From sequence record NC_048674.1: DNA of 64,000 nucleotides; one strand, 5' to 3'. The position numbers and the translations under genes are program-made. The notes under the pieces were generated by a model that had not been told where the DNA came from, ran no database searches, and worked only from the letters and a program-made list of their open reading frames with translations. This document shows positions 9,555 to 19,868 of the stretch, one piece after another. Positions within the stretch are counted from its first letter, which is position 1. Each line of letters begins with the position of its first letter.

Positions 9555-12500
9555 ATCCATACAACGAAATCAATCCTAATGAGGAATTTATTATGAATAT
9601 TAAAATCACTAATTCTGGATTCTCTACTGTTGGTATGTTCGGTCAAAACCATCGTTTGATTGAGATTGATGGAACACCTTTGTTTTATACTTGCACCGCA
9701 TTCTCCCCGAATGACCATCGGATTTTTGTCCTAAAGTCGGATCGTCAACTGTGTCATTTTGTTCCTCGTGGTGTAGTCGTTGATGAAGAGTTTGTTTTTA
9801 ATAACATCGATAAGTTGATGGAAGAATCGGAGTCACACAATAATGTGTATATTTATTGTGTGACAACCACCGGAATGATTGTTCGTCCTGTTAAAGAGTC
9901 TTTTTCGTGGGGAGCACCCAGTTACAAAGGTGGTTATTCTTCTGATGTATTTGATATGGAATCTGATTTGTTTTCTAACATTATGAAACATATCATCGAA
10001 GATGATAATATCAATCACTTCTATTTTGTTGATGCGGTTACTGGTCAGGAGATCAATTAATGTTCAAATCACTATTTTGTAAACATGATATGAAGGTTAT
10101 CTTTGAATATACTTCTGAAAGTCCAGCAGAACAAATTTCTAGATTGACCGAACTCTTGGAACGACCAAAAAATGTAGAATCCCTTCTAAAAATGACACAA
10201 AAAGAACAAATTGTTATTGTATGTTGTAAAGAATGTGGTAAAATGAAGACTGTTAAGACAAAATTTAATCAAGGATAATCCCATGTTTAAGAAAACTACC
10301 AAAACCGATAAATCTGTTGCTATCTCCAAACGTATTAGCCTCATCAAAACCCACGTCACCAACACCATGGAACTGTTTGACTTCCTGAGTGGTGTTATCA
10401 ATAAAAATATTCTGGTTGGTGGTAAATCCGTCCAGTCTATTCTGGGGCCTTTGTACTACCCGAGCGCGAACAAAGCAGAACGAAACCAATATGTGTTTTC
10501 TCGTTTTGTCAATTGTACTTTGATCCGAGAAAAATATGGTGTGCGGATCACAACCAAGAACAAATATATCGCCAAAGATGTTGCAGATCTTCTTGGTCAG
10601 GTATTTAAAGTATCAACCATCAACGTTGGTGATTTAATTACCTTTGTTGTGAAGGTTGGTAAGCCATCCGGTAATGCATCGTTCACCAAAAATGAACCGG
10701 CAATTCAAGAAGCAAAAGATAAACTGTTTGAAATCAGTTGTAAGCTTCGTGAACTTGACGAAGAACAAAAAAATCTGGATATCCGGTTGAGGGAAGTTAG
10801 TGATCTGTCTCGCCGTAATCGGACTACGTATCACAGTTTTCAACAAGAAGCATACAGGATCCGAACCGAAGCAAAAAATAAATATGATGTAACCATCTAA
10901 GGGATATATCATGAGTCTAAAAACTATAAACCAATCCCAGTTAGAAAGGGCTCTAGAAAACTATACCAAAATCATGTCTATGGTTAATGACGCAGTTGAT
11001 ATCCGGGTTAATCTCCGAATGAATGAAACTATGGTGGTTGGATGGATTTTCAAGCGTCGTGTCAATACATGCCAATATTTTCAAGATAACAGCTTTGCTG
11101 GTGGATTCTATACCGAGAAATATATCCGTGCCGAGGTAACAAAAAACCTATTACGAAAAATTGGTATTCTTCACGTTGAGAAAGTATCTTTGTATCAGAG
11201 TATGGTAGATATCGATGGTGCAGATCCTTTCATCCAAGCCGATGAAGAAATGTGCAACTTCATCGATTTGATGATAGTGAAAACGCCATTGGTTGTTGAA
11301 AAGATTATTGCAAACTACCACGATTTGTATAGGACTAGACACGAATGAAAAAATTCACCATCCTGTTCTGGATTTACACATTCTTAGTTTTCGGGTATAT
11401 TGTTGAAGGTCCGGAAATAAAATATGTTGATATTCCAGCTACATTAGAAGAGTGTTATTACGAACCAGAGCACACACAAAAGGGTATGCTTGTATGCGAC
11501 TTTGATATCAGTGGATTCAGTAATTACGAGTCTGATAAGCTTATTGCTGAGTATGGTAAGTACATTACCAAGGAATATCCAAGACAAGAGGTTCGTAAAA
11601 AAGTTGATATGAAGGGTCATCAGTTCTTGATCAACGTAGAGACTTTGGAGACCAAAAAGTTTTTGGAAAATCTTGGGATAGCTGCAATCTTATGGTGTCT
11701 TGGTATTCTAATAGTCGTTGTTCGATTTATAGGTAATATGATTTATGGAGATTGTTATTATGAAACTAGTTTCTCATAATAAAGTATGCCCTACTTTCGG
11801 GGTTGATTTCCATGGGGTTAAGTTGACTTTACCCATGAAATACCTTTATGGTTTTCTGGCTATGAATTATGATGGAACCGTTGTGGCTTACATACATCCC
11901 CCGTTATTCAATAACGGGTATTGGTCTGATACATATCCACACCGAGATGATATTTATGTCGCAAAAGTAGAGACAGATATCCATCCAAGTAAAACACTGG
12001 TATGTATTAGTGACAACCGTGTTAAAAAATATATGGAATAGGAAAATGAAACTGATTGTTAAAGAAGCCCATACAGAAGATGGGATGACTGTAGGGCCTT
12101 ACCAATGGATTGAGAAAACTGATGGTACTCTTTACGCTTGGCGCTTCCATCGAGTGGTAACCAACGAGCTGTATGATCGTATGGTCAATGAATTGCTTGA
12201 TGGCAAACCGCCGGTTGGTGATTCTAAAGATCTGGCAGCCCGTAAGTATCTCAAGTTCGGTATTATTACCGACCCGTCCACTTTACCAAGCGAAAACAAG
12301 GACACACAATGATGTCAAAAGATGAAGCTATGGAAAAGGCATTTTATGAGTTGTTGGAGATGGATGATGAGTATTTTGAACTACGTCTAAAAGAAACCAT
12401 CGCACAGGGTGGAGTCTTTCAGAAAATGGCAGAAGATGGGTTTGTTCCATCCTTAGTTTCTGAGAAGGATTATCCGCATGTCTTTTAAAGTGGCGAACCA

Positions 12501-12944
12501 TTATGAATTAGAGGAAGGTCGAGAGTATTTATTTAAGGATTCTCGTGGGTGTTTCTTTCTTGGTATTTATTATGATTTTGATGTAAATGGGTTTTATACA
12601 GATTCTCATGATTTCATAGAGATGGGTCGAGTTTGCGTTGTGTGGGAACTACCAAATGAAAATTGTTGATACTATGCCCCAAAATGGTGCATTCGTTATG
12701 GTATTGGAATGGGATGACGAACTACACAGTGATAGTTTCAAATATATTGACAACGTTCTTCATGTATGGGATATTCCAGATATGGATACGTCACTTTCCG
12801 AATGGATTGAAGTAAACCTCAGTGATTATTATCATCGTTGTGTGTTTGAAGAATGTAATGTAAAATATATTGTAAAGTGAAAAAGAAAATAGCCCATAGG
12901 ATGTTCCGACTGGGCTTTACCTAAACTAAGTGAGGAAATGAAAG

Positions 12945-13679
12945 ATGTTTGATAAAATTGTTAAATTTGTTAATGAACTGGCTGAAAGTGGTTTCGTAAA
13001 CAAGATTGGAAAAGACGAATATAGTTTGGTGATGAATAACTTCTATAATAATCCGGCTTCTCCTTTGTATCTCGAACAGGTAAAAGAATACCCAGCAAAA
13101 CTTCTCATGTTTCCAGTTGGTAAACAATATTCTAAAATCACCAGTTGTAAAGGTCGATTGATTGTAGGTGGTAAAGAAAACAAGATCTGGGAATCTAGTT
13201 ATCGCCACATGTTCAATCAGATTCTCAGTAAACATTATGGTGATGAAATTGTGTACGGTATGAAAATCAAGGATGTCATTGATACCCTTAATGAAGTACG
13301 CGAGCATATGCGGGGCGTATATGGGGTAGAAATCATTTCCCGTATTGTAGTGAATTCATTCTTTACCGCAGTTTACAAAAATACAAATATTATTGATGGA
13401 CGGTTCGACGGTTATGTTAAAGATATGTTTGATAGTACAATCACATCGATTGTAGAAGCTGGGGGATATCCAATCTTCTGTGAGTTGGATAAGTTCATCT
13501 ACGTATCTCCAAACGTCATTAAGTTCGAAAATAGCACCCATGACGACCGACTGAAAAATATTATGGTTGTTGACGACTTTACTTATGTAACTGATGTAGA
13601 TCAGAAGAAGAGTAAACGTGTTCGTCCGGTGGATGTGGATAATCCCAAACATCTTCGATACTTTAACAATTTGAAATAG
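12945..13679 (+). CDS. Hypothetical protein, possible degenerate family-B polymerase-like fold
   Basis: Intact ORF with RBS. Motif order weakly recalls PolB (see findings). Confidence 0.6.
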   Translation: MFDKIVKFVNELAESGFVNKIGKDEYSLVMNNFYNNPASPLYLEQVKEYPAKLLMFPVGKQYSKITSCKGRLIVGGKENKIWESSYRHMFNQILSKHYGDEIVYGMKIKDVIDTLNEVREHMRGVYGVEIISRIVVNSFFTAVYKNTNIIDGRFDGYVKDMFDSTITSIVEAGGYPIFCELDKFIYVSPNVIKFENSTHDDRLKNIMVVDDFTYVTDVDQKKSKRVRPVDVDNPKHLRYFNNLK

Positions 13680-13730
13680 TTGACTTCCTAATCCAAAGCC
13701 TGTATCTTATCTGATATAGGCTTTTGTTGT
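13680..13730 (+). promoter_or_regulatory. Early promoter overlapped by a terminator-like hairpin
   Basis: TTGACT - 17 nt - TATCTT. Stem aaagcctgtatc/gatataggcttt spans 13695-13724. Confidence 0.65.
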
Positions 13731-13746
13731 TTCTGAGGAATAGATT

Positions 13747-14804
13747 ATGTGTGGTCAGTGCCCTGTAGATGATTTCATTGGACAAACTTTTCCTACTCCG
13801 AAAGGTGGGGTGTTGACTGTTGTTGGTATTGCGGATAGGAAGAGTGGGACACATAAATTGTATAAATTGACTTGTTCTATCTGCCATGAAGATAAAGAAT
13901 TGTTTCCCGAGTTGTTTGAGAGTACAAAGGGTAATTTGGTAACTGGGCGTGCTCCTTGTGGATGTTCTAATAGAACAAACTGGAAACCTTTTCAGATAGA
14001 AGTTATTGTAGGCCGGTTATGTAAAGAAATGGGCTATGAATATGTTGGCTTTCCAGAAGGTTATAAAAACTGCTACTCTAAATTTGAATACATCTGTCAT
14101 ACTCATGGAAAACAATCAGTATCTNNNNNNNGGAGGTGCCCTGATTGTGGAACTGAGTCTATGAAGGATAAACAGAGAAATCCAGAAGCAGAAACTATTG
14201 TTAAAGAACTCTGTGATAAAGAAGGTTATGAATACATCGGTTTTCCAGAAGGATATAAAAACGCACATTCTAAGTTCGAATACATCTGTCATACTCATGG
14301 AAAACAATCAGTATCGTTAATTGTTGTCAGAGGTGCCCTGATTGTGCGGAATATGGTTATGGCAAATCCAAACACGGATACCTTTACGTAACCAACTGGA
14401 CAAACTACGATAAAGATACAAACGAGTTTTTCAAGATTGGTATCACAAACTTCTTAGATCAACGTATCAAACAACAAGCTCGTAAAACGTCGTACAAGCC
14501 CCATCAGCTAATTGTATTCAAATTCGAGGATGGTTCTATCCCCCAAGAGCTAGAACGTCTCACAAAGCCATACAGGCAGGATATGGAGCATCCTATCATC
14601 ACACCAGACGAGTTTGTTGATGGTGCAACAGAAATCCTCCAAAACTGGATTGATATTATTAAAATTCTCCCAGAACTGATTGACACAATCAGGGAGAAAG
14701 GACACACTCCTGAAATAGAAGTTGGTAAACGACTTTACAACAAGTTGATTAAGCTTGACAAAGACCAAATGGCTAAGGTAATCTTAGATCATCTTTATAA
14801 ATGA
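13747..14804 (+). mobile_element. Hef / GIY-YIG (T5orf172-like) free-standing homing endonuclease with Cys/His repeats, frameshifted near 14315-14326
   Basis: Two repeats of GYEY.GFPEGYKN..SKFEYICHTHGKQSVS...RCPDC. An alternative frame continues CQRCPDCAEYGYGKSKHGYLYVTNW...FFKIGITNFLDQRIKQ into ORF 14583-14804. Confidence 0.7.
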
Positions 14805-14814
14805 GAATCAGAAA

Positions 14815-15372
14815 ATGAAATATGAACTTGGTAAGAAATATAAAATCGTGTACATTCATGCAGATGCATCAGATGAATTCGGCGTATCTACCGGTGATGT
14901 AATTGAATGTCATTTCATCGACGATCAAAATGGTTATTTGTGGACTCGCGACGTTTATTGTTATGGTAAACAGGTAAATCCTTATTATGATCATGGTGCA
15001 TGGTGTTTCGCTGCTCCATCAGATCCAGAAATTATTTTGGAAGAATATGAACCAGAACCAAGCTTGTCAACCATCTTCACTACCTCGGTTGAACTTGGTC
15101 GGGTTGATACTTCCAAAAAGCGAACCTATGATTACGTTCTCTCCAAATGTATGGAAGAACTCGGGGAACTGTCTTTGGAGGTGCAGATCGAAAACGGTTT
15201 GTCTTACAAGGAACCGGGTAAGGATGGTATTCGCGGTGAAGCTGTAGATTTGGCTATTGCTGCTATGGATATGTTCGCTCTTGCCTGTGGTGATATGAAC
15301 AAGCAAGCTATCGAAAATCTTTTCCTTTCTACTATGGAAAAGAAAATTGTAAAATGGAAAGAGAAGGCTTAA
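14815..15372 (+). CDS. MazG-like nucleotide pyrophosphohydrolase fused to an N-terminal accessory domain
   Basis: C-terminal YVLSKCMEELGELSLEV...IRGEAVDLAIAAMD matches the EExxE...ExxD MazG motif. Confidence 0.75.
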   Translation: MKYELGKKYKIVYIHADASDEFGVSTGDVIECHFIDDQNGYLWTRDVYCYGKQVNPYYDHGAWCFAAPSDPEIILEEYEPEPSLSTIFTTSVELGRVDTSKKRTYDYVLSKCMEELGELSLEVQIENGLSYKEPGKDGIRGEAVDLAIAAMDMFALACGDMNKQAIENLFLSTMEKKIVKWKEKA

Positions 15373-16128
15373 AATGGCAAAGAAAGAGATCGTTGAAACT
15401 CGTTGTGGTATTGACTTTTACCTTAATAAGTTTAATGAAAAGTGTTCCACTCGAAATGAAATTATGGAATGTGAACGAGATTGGATAGGTTGTTATCTTC
15501 CAAAGAAATACAAATATGTTGTTATGGAGTCCGATGGATTGTTCTATGCATATTCCAAAAAGCCGGTTCTTAAACAATACTCATGTGGTCTTGGGTGGGG
15601 TGTAGACTCAGTACAAGGTGCAGGCGATAATAACGTTGAGGTATGGTTTAATGATAGTGATTTCGGTTGGAAACCATGGTACAGTGGTTATTGTAAAATC
15701 GAAGGTTAAAAATGACACCAGTCAAGTATTGCGAAGAACACCGAGTTAGGTATTACGAATATGGGTGTCCTCAATGTAACATACGCAACGAAAGAGAAAA
15801 CCGGGTCATAAGAGAAATGTCCATCAAGAAAACAAAAAATGGACTAACATGGCCTTTGAGCAAATCAGAAAAGAAGGTTTAAAAATGAATCAATATTTTG
15901 AAGTAACTGGTGATGACCCGCTGTTTGTGTTGTTGAAAGAATCAGAAAAAGCAAATAAAGCTTTTAAAGATAAAAGATCGAATGAAAATTGGGAATTGTT
16001 AAATCTTGCATATGATGTAGTAGAGGAAATTCTATACAGTCGTTATCCAGATTGTTTTGGTTGGCGGGCTGTTGTATCTCCTTTTGACGAAGACCGTTTC
16101 TTGGTAAAAATTAAAGGGTAATTTATAA

Positions 16129-16164
16129 AAAGGGCTTGTAATCGTTCAAGCCCTTTGATAAAAT
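16129..16164 (+). promoter_or_regulatory. Terminator/promoter cassette (-35 in the stem)
   Basis: Stem aaagggcttg/caagcccttt. TTGTAA - 17 nt - TAAAAT. Confidence 0.65.
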
Positions 16165-16407
16165 TGTATCAAAGTGAAATAAGGAAAAATTATGTTTATT
16201 TCCTCTATTGATGAAAATGAAAAGCTAGTAGTTCAATCCAAGTATGATTCGGGTGTCCATCTAGGTTTCACCGCAGGCGTCCAGAAAGATGGTGAATATA
16301 CTCTGACTACTCTAGACAAAGAGCTTACCGCCCAACAGATCTCGTATCTTGAGATGATGTTGATGATGGAAATCAAAAAGATGCTAGACCCACGCTAAGG
16401 AAAAATT

Positions 16408-16620
16408 ATGAAAGTCCAGTTTAAATCAGAAGAAGCTATGACTGAGTTTAAAACGTTAGATCGCAACAACGAAGAACTAGCAAATGCATATGGTATGAGT
16501 CCCATCCCTATTGGATTTGTAGATGAAGAATGGTGGGATATCTTTAATGAGGAAGATCTGCATTTTTACACCATTAACATTTCCGACGAATCTCACTATT
16601 TCGATATTTTGGAAAATTAA
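16408..16620 (+). CDS. MKIRFK-family paralog 1
   Basis: MKVQFKSEEAMTEF...GMSPI...WWD...ESHYFDILE. Confidence 0.8.
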   Translation: MKVQFKSEEAMTEFKTLDRNNEELANAYGMSPIPIGFVDEEWWDIFNEEDLHFYTINISDESHYFDILEN

Positions 16621-16623
16621 TTC

Positions 16624-16674
16624 AAAAACGCTTGCTCTCGGGTAAGCGTTTTGTTATTCTATTCTTGTTGAAGC
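16624..16674 (+). promoter_or_regulatory. Terminator/promoter cassette (PeSL-like), copy A
   Basis: Stem aaaacgcttgc/gtaagcgtttt. TTGCTC - 17 nt - TATTCT. 50/51 nt identical to 17251-17301. Confidence 0.85.
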
Positions 16675-17028
16675 AAAACAGATGAGGAAAATAACATGGC
16701 AGAATTTATCACAGAAACATCTAACAAGACTCACCACAAAGTGGTTCAACTTCGCAAGGCCATTCGCAAGGTTGATACCGCAAAGATTGCTATCTTTCGG
16801 AAAACAGATTTGACTGATGCATATCGTGAGTACAACTACGCAATGTATCGTGCAGTTGAGGAAACCGGGGATCACAAAATTTATATCGACTTCAAATACA
16901 ACCAACCAAAAGAGAAAATAATTGATCTGGTCGAAAAAATTTGTTCCATAGAAGACACCAAGGTAGAATGGAATGGTTCTATGGGTAGTTCCATCGTTGT
17001 TACCATCAAAGTTGAATAAGGAAAAATT

Positions 17029-17238
17029 ATGAAAGTCCGTTTTGTGTCAGAAAAAGCCATGAATGAATATGGTGAAAAAGACCGTCATAACAAGCTCGTT
17101 GTAGAACGTTTTGGTATGAACCCATTTGAGGTAGATACGGATCCCGATTGTGCTTGGTGGGACTATCTCGACGAAAATGGTGATATTGAGTTTGTCTTCC
17201 CCCGTTTTGAACATCATTACTTTTTAACCAACGTTTAA
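17029..17238 (+). CDS. MKIRFK-family paralog 2
   Basis: MKVRFVSEKAMNEY...GMNPFEV...WWD...EHHYF. Confidence 0.8.
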   Translation: MKVRFVSEKAMNEYGEKDRHNKLVVERFGMNPFEVDTDPDCAWWDYLDENGDIEFVFPRFEHHYFLTNV

Positions 17239-17250
17239 GAAAATAATTCA

Positions 17251-17301
17251 AAAAACGCTTGCTCTCGGGTAAGCGTTTTGTTATTCTATCCTTGTTGAAG
17301 C
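17251..17301 (+). promoter_or_regulatory. Terminator/promoter cassette (PeSL-like), copy B
   Basis: Near-identical to 16624-16674. Confidence 0.85.
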
Positions 17302-17457
17302 GAGACTGATAAGGAAAACGATATGACCAACTTTGAATTTGCTATGAAACGCGCTAAATTCCAAATCACCAAGCACAAAGAGACTTTGATCTGTGCTGGT
17401 ATTGTTGGTGTTGTTCTTTTCGTTATCATCCCTATGTTGAACGGTTAAGGAGTTATT

Positions 17458-17844
17458 ATGCTGAACAAACGTTATACTGTAAAAAAAGATTTTGAAGATT
17501 TCCACAAAGAATTTCCCGAACTGGTTTTGGGTTCTTCTTTCACGGTAACAGGGACAGACGGAACCGGTATCATATCTATCACCATGGATAGTGGAACTGA
17601 ATATCATATCGAACAATATCCTTGGTGTTGGTGCTTCTACACAGAAGATATGATAGAAGAATATCTTGTCCAAGTTGAAAACCTCACAGACGAAGAAAAG
17701 AAAGACTTGATAGTTGCCAACTTGAAGAAGAAAGAAAAGGAGATGGAAGAAAAGAAAGCTTTGTTGTTGGCAAATTGGGAGAAGGAAGAGAAGGAGTTGA
17801 TTGAAGCTCTGGAAAACCATCGCAAAAATAAGCCGGGGGTTTGA
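17458..17844 (+). CDS. MLNK..WCFY-family protein with C-terminal coiled coil
   Basis: N-terminal domain aligns with 25051-25290. Confidence 0.7.
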   Translation: MLNKRYTVKKDFEDFHKEFPELVLGSSFTVTGTDGTGIISITMDSGTEYHIEQYPWCWCFYTEDMIEEYLVQVENLTDEEKKDLIVANLKKKEKEMEEKKALLLANWEKEEKELIEALENHRKNKPGV

Positions 17845-18838
17845 TATGATTTCTTTGGTGGCATTATCTTGTTATGCTCCGATATACTTCATTGTTCAGC
17901 TAGGGGAAAAGATAAATCGTGATGTGATTCTATCTTGTATTCTCATGATCTTTACTATCGTTCTGGTATTCTGTACCACCACGATCACCCTAAAATATGG
18001 AACAAACCCGGTGGTATTGTTTTGGATTTGTCAAACGAACATCCTTACTTGTCTGATGGCTAAAATAATTTCAAAAAGTCTTTGACTCTATAGCTAGTTC
18101 TGGTAATATACCTATGTACCCCCACTGATGAGGAAATTGAAATGAAAATTCTTTTTACCGACCACCAAGCCGAACTAATCAACCGCATCAAGGCTTATCA
18201 CGATAACCGCATCGCTCTGACAATTTCCCCTGAGTCTCGCGCATTTCGCGATATGATGGAAGGACAAGAGTTGTGCAATTCTCAGTGTATTGCTCTCCGC
18301 AACTTCTTCGGTCGGGTCATCGATTATGATGCATGTGATAATGATATCGCTGCTGATGAAATGACCAAATACATGTACGGGGTTATGCGTGACCAAGTTC
18401 GCAACTGGCTGTTTGAGGAATAAGATATGAAAAAGATTATGGAAGCTCTGGGATATGTTTGGTTCGAAACCCGTGGCGATTTTGTTGCTACTATCGGTCC
18501 ATGGGAAGAGAGTTATACCTATTATGAAGAAGCTGATTTCCCTTGCTGGTTGAAACTAGTGGATTCTCTCGATAGCCCATACAACGCAAAAACAATTATG
18601 ATTTACGACCGTGTTTCTGAATCTCTGGTGGGAGAAATTAAGTTTGAAAAATTGTGATTTGATTAAGATTCTTCAAGAACGAGATCCAAATGCAAAAGTA
18701 GAATTTGTTTTCTTCGGTAATCATTTTGACGTTGAAGGGCTAGTACATTTTGACCCAACCGGTTATAACGCTATCGAGCTGTATGGTAAGGCGTTACATG
18801 AGATGGAAATTGTTGTTACTTTCAACCAAGGATAAAAT

Positions 18839-19337
18839 ATGTTCTATGCACTGAAAAACAAATATACTGGTAAAGTTGCTATGGTAGAGGTGTGTGGTGA
18901 AGCTGTTTATTTGGTAGATGATGAAGCAATTGGAGATCATGCAGTTGCTTTTGTCTACACCGAAACCACCTCACAGAAAATTCAAGATACGTTGGATGGT
19001 GTCAACGACAATCTGTTTGTCCAAATCGACCCAGAACAATACGATATCGTGGAAATTCAAATTTAGAAGATGATTTTGTAAAATGGGAATTGTTGTTACT
19101 TTCAATCAAGGATAAAATATGATTCTCTATGCGTTAAAAAATAAACATACTGGGCGGTTAGCAGTCATTGAAGGCGCGGATTTGTCTATCGTTGTTGATG
19201 AGTATTCTGAGGTTATGTATCCTTTTGTGGAACGACGTTTGGAAGATATCCATCATCTGTTGGAAGACCGCCACACAGACTATTACCGTGGTATTAACCC
19301 AGACGATTACGATATCGTGGAATTTATTTTGAAATAA
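18839..19337 (+). CDS. Two tandem paralogous ORFs (18839-19066, 19119-19337)
   Basis: YALKNK.TG..A..E N-termini and PE/DD.YDIVE C-termini. The upstream junction sequence is also duplicated. Confidence 0.75.
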
Positions 19338-19343
19338 ATGATA

Positions 19344-19381
19344 AAAAGGGCTTGCTTCGGTAGGCCCTTTTCGACTATTAT
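19344..19381 (+). promoter_or_regulatory. UUCG terminator / early promoter cassette
   Basis: aaaagggcttgc-ttcg-gtaggccctttt. TTGCTT...TATTAT. Confidence 0.75.
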
Positions 19382-19649
19382 ATCCATATCGAAATTAGCC
19401 GAGGGAATTAACATGAACTTCTTTAATTATATTGTTGTGATGAAAACTGTTAACGGTATGGAAAGATTTTTGGTCTCTGCTATGGATCCTTCTAAGGCCA
19501 AGAAAAAGGTTATGGATTACTTGGTTGACGAATGCATTCCGTTTAGTTGTTCCTATCCGAGGAATGAAACTATACGAGTTGCAGATTCCCAAGTGGAAGA
19601 AATGAAAAATCGCTCTGATATCAAAACCCTTTATGTTTAAGGATCTATT

Positions 19650-19868
19650 ATGAAAATCAAATTCAAATCCGAAGCACATATGAACGAGTTCGCAAATATC
19701 AACCTTGGTTGGTCTTCCCACAATAAAGATCTGGTTCTTCGTCATGGTATGAACCCTTTCGAGGTTGAGGTTGATATTACTGAATCTTGGTGGGATACGG
19801 TAGATGGTGATTTCACTATCCATAAAACTGGTGAAGGAATTTATTTTGAAATAGTTGTTGCATCGTAA
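19650..19868 (+). CDS. MKIRFK-family paralog 3
   Basis: MKIKFKSEAHMNEF...GMNPFEV...WWDTVDGDFTI...YFEIV. Confidence 0.8.
   Translation: MKIKFKSEAHMNEFANINLGWSSHNKDLVLRHGMNPFEVEVDITESWWDTVDGDFTIHKTGEGIYFEIVVAS

Larger units (their letters stand above)
7253..12880 (+). other. Run of small hypothetical early ORFs
   Basis: Tightly packed + strand ORFs with RBSs: 7253-7567, 7564-7842, 7844-8110, 8163-8399, 8402-8902, 8899-9090, 9092-9517, 9593-10060, 10060-10278, 10283-10900, 10911-11348, 11345-11779 (membrane), 11760-12041, 12046-12312, 12478-12669, 12656-12880. Confidence 0.65.

Noticed and set aside
16624-17301. Repeat-spacer-repeat pattern as a possible CRISPR mini-array
   Set aside because: Only two copies ~630 bp apart, the 'spacer' is protein-coding, the repeats are promoter-terminators, and no cas genes are present.
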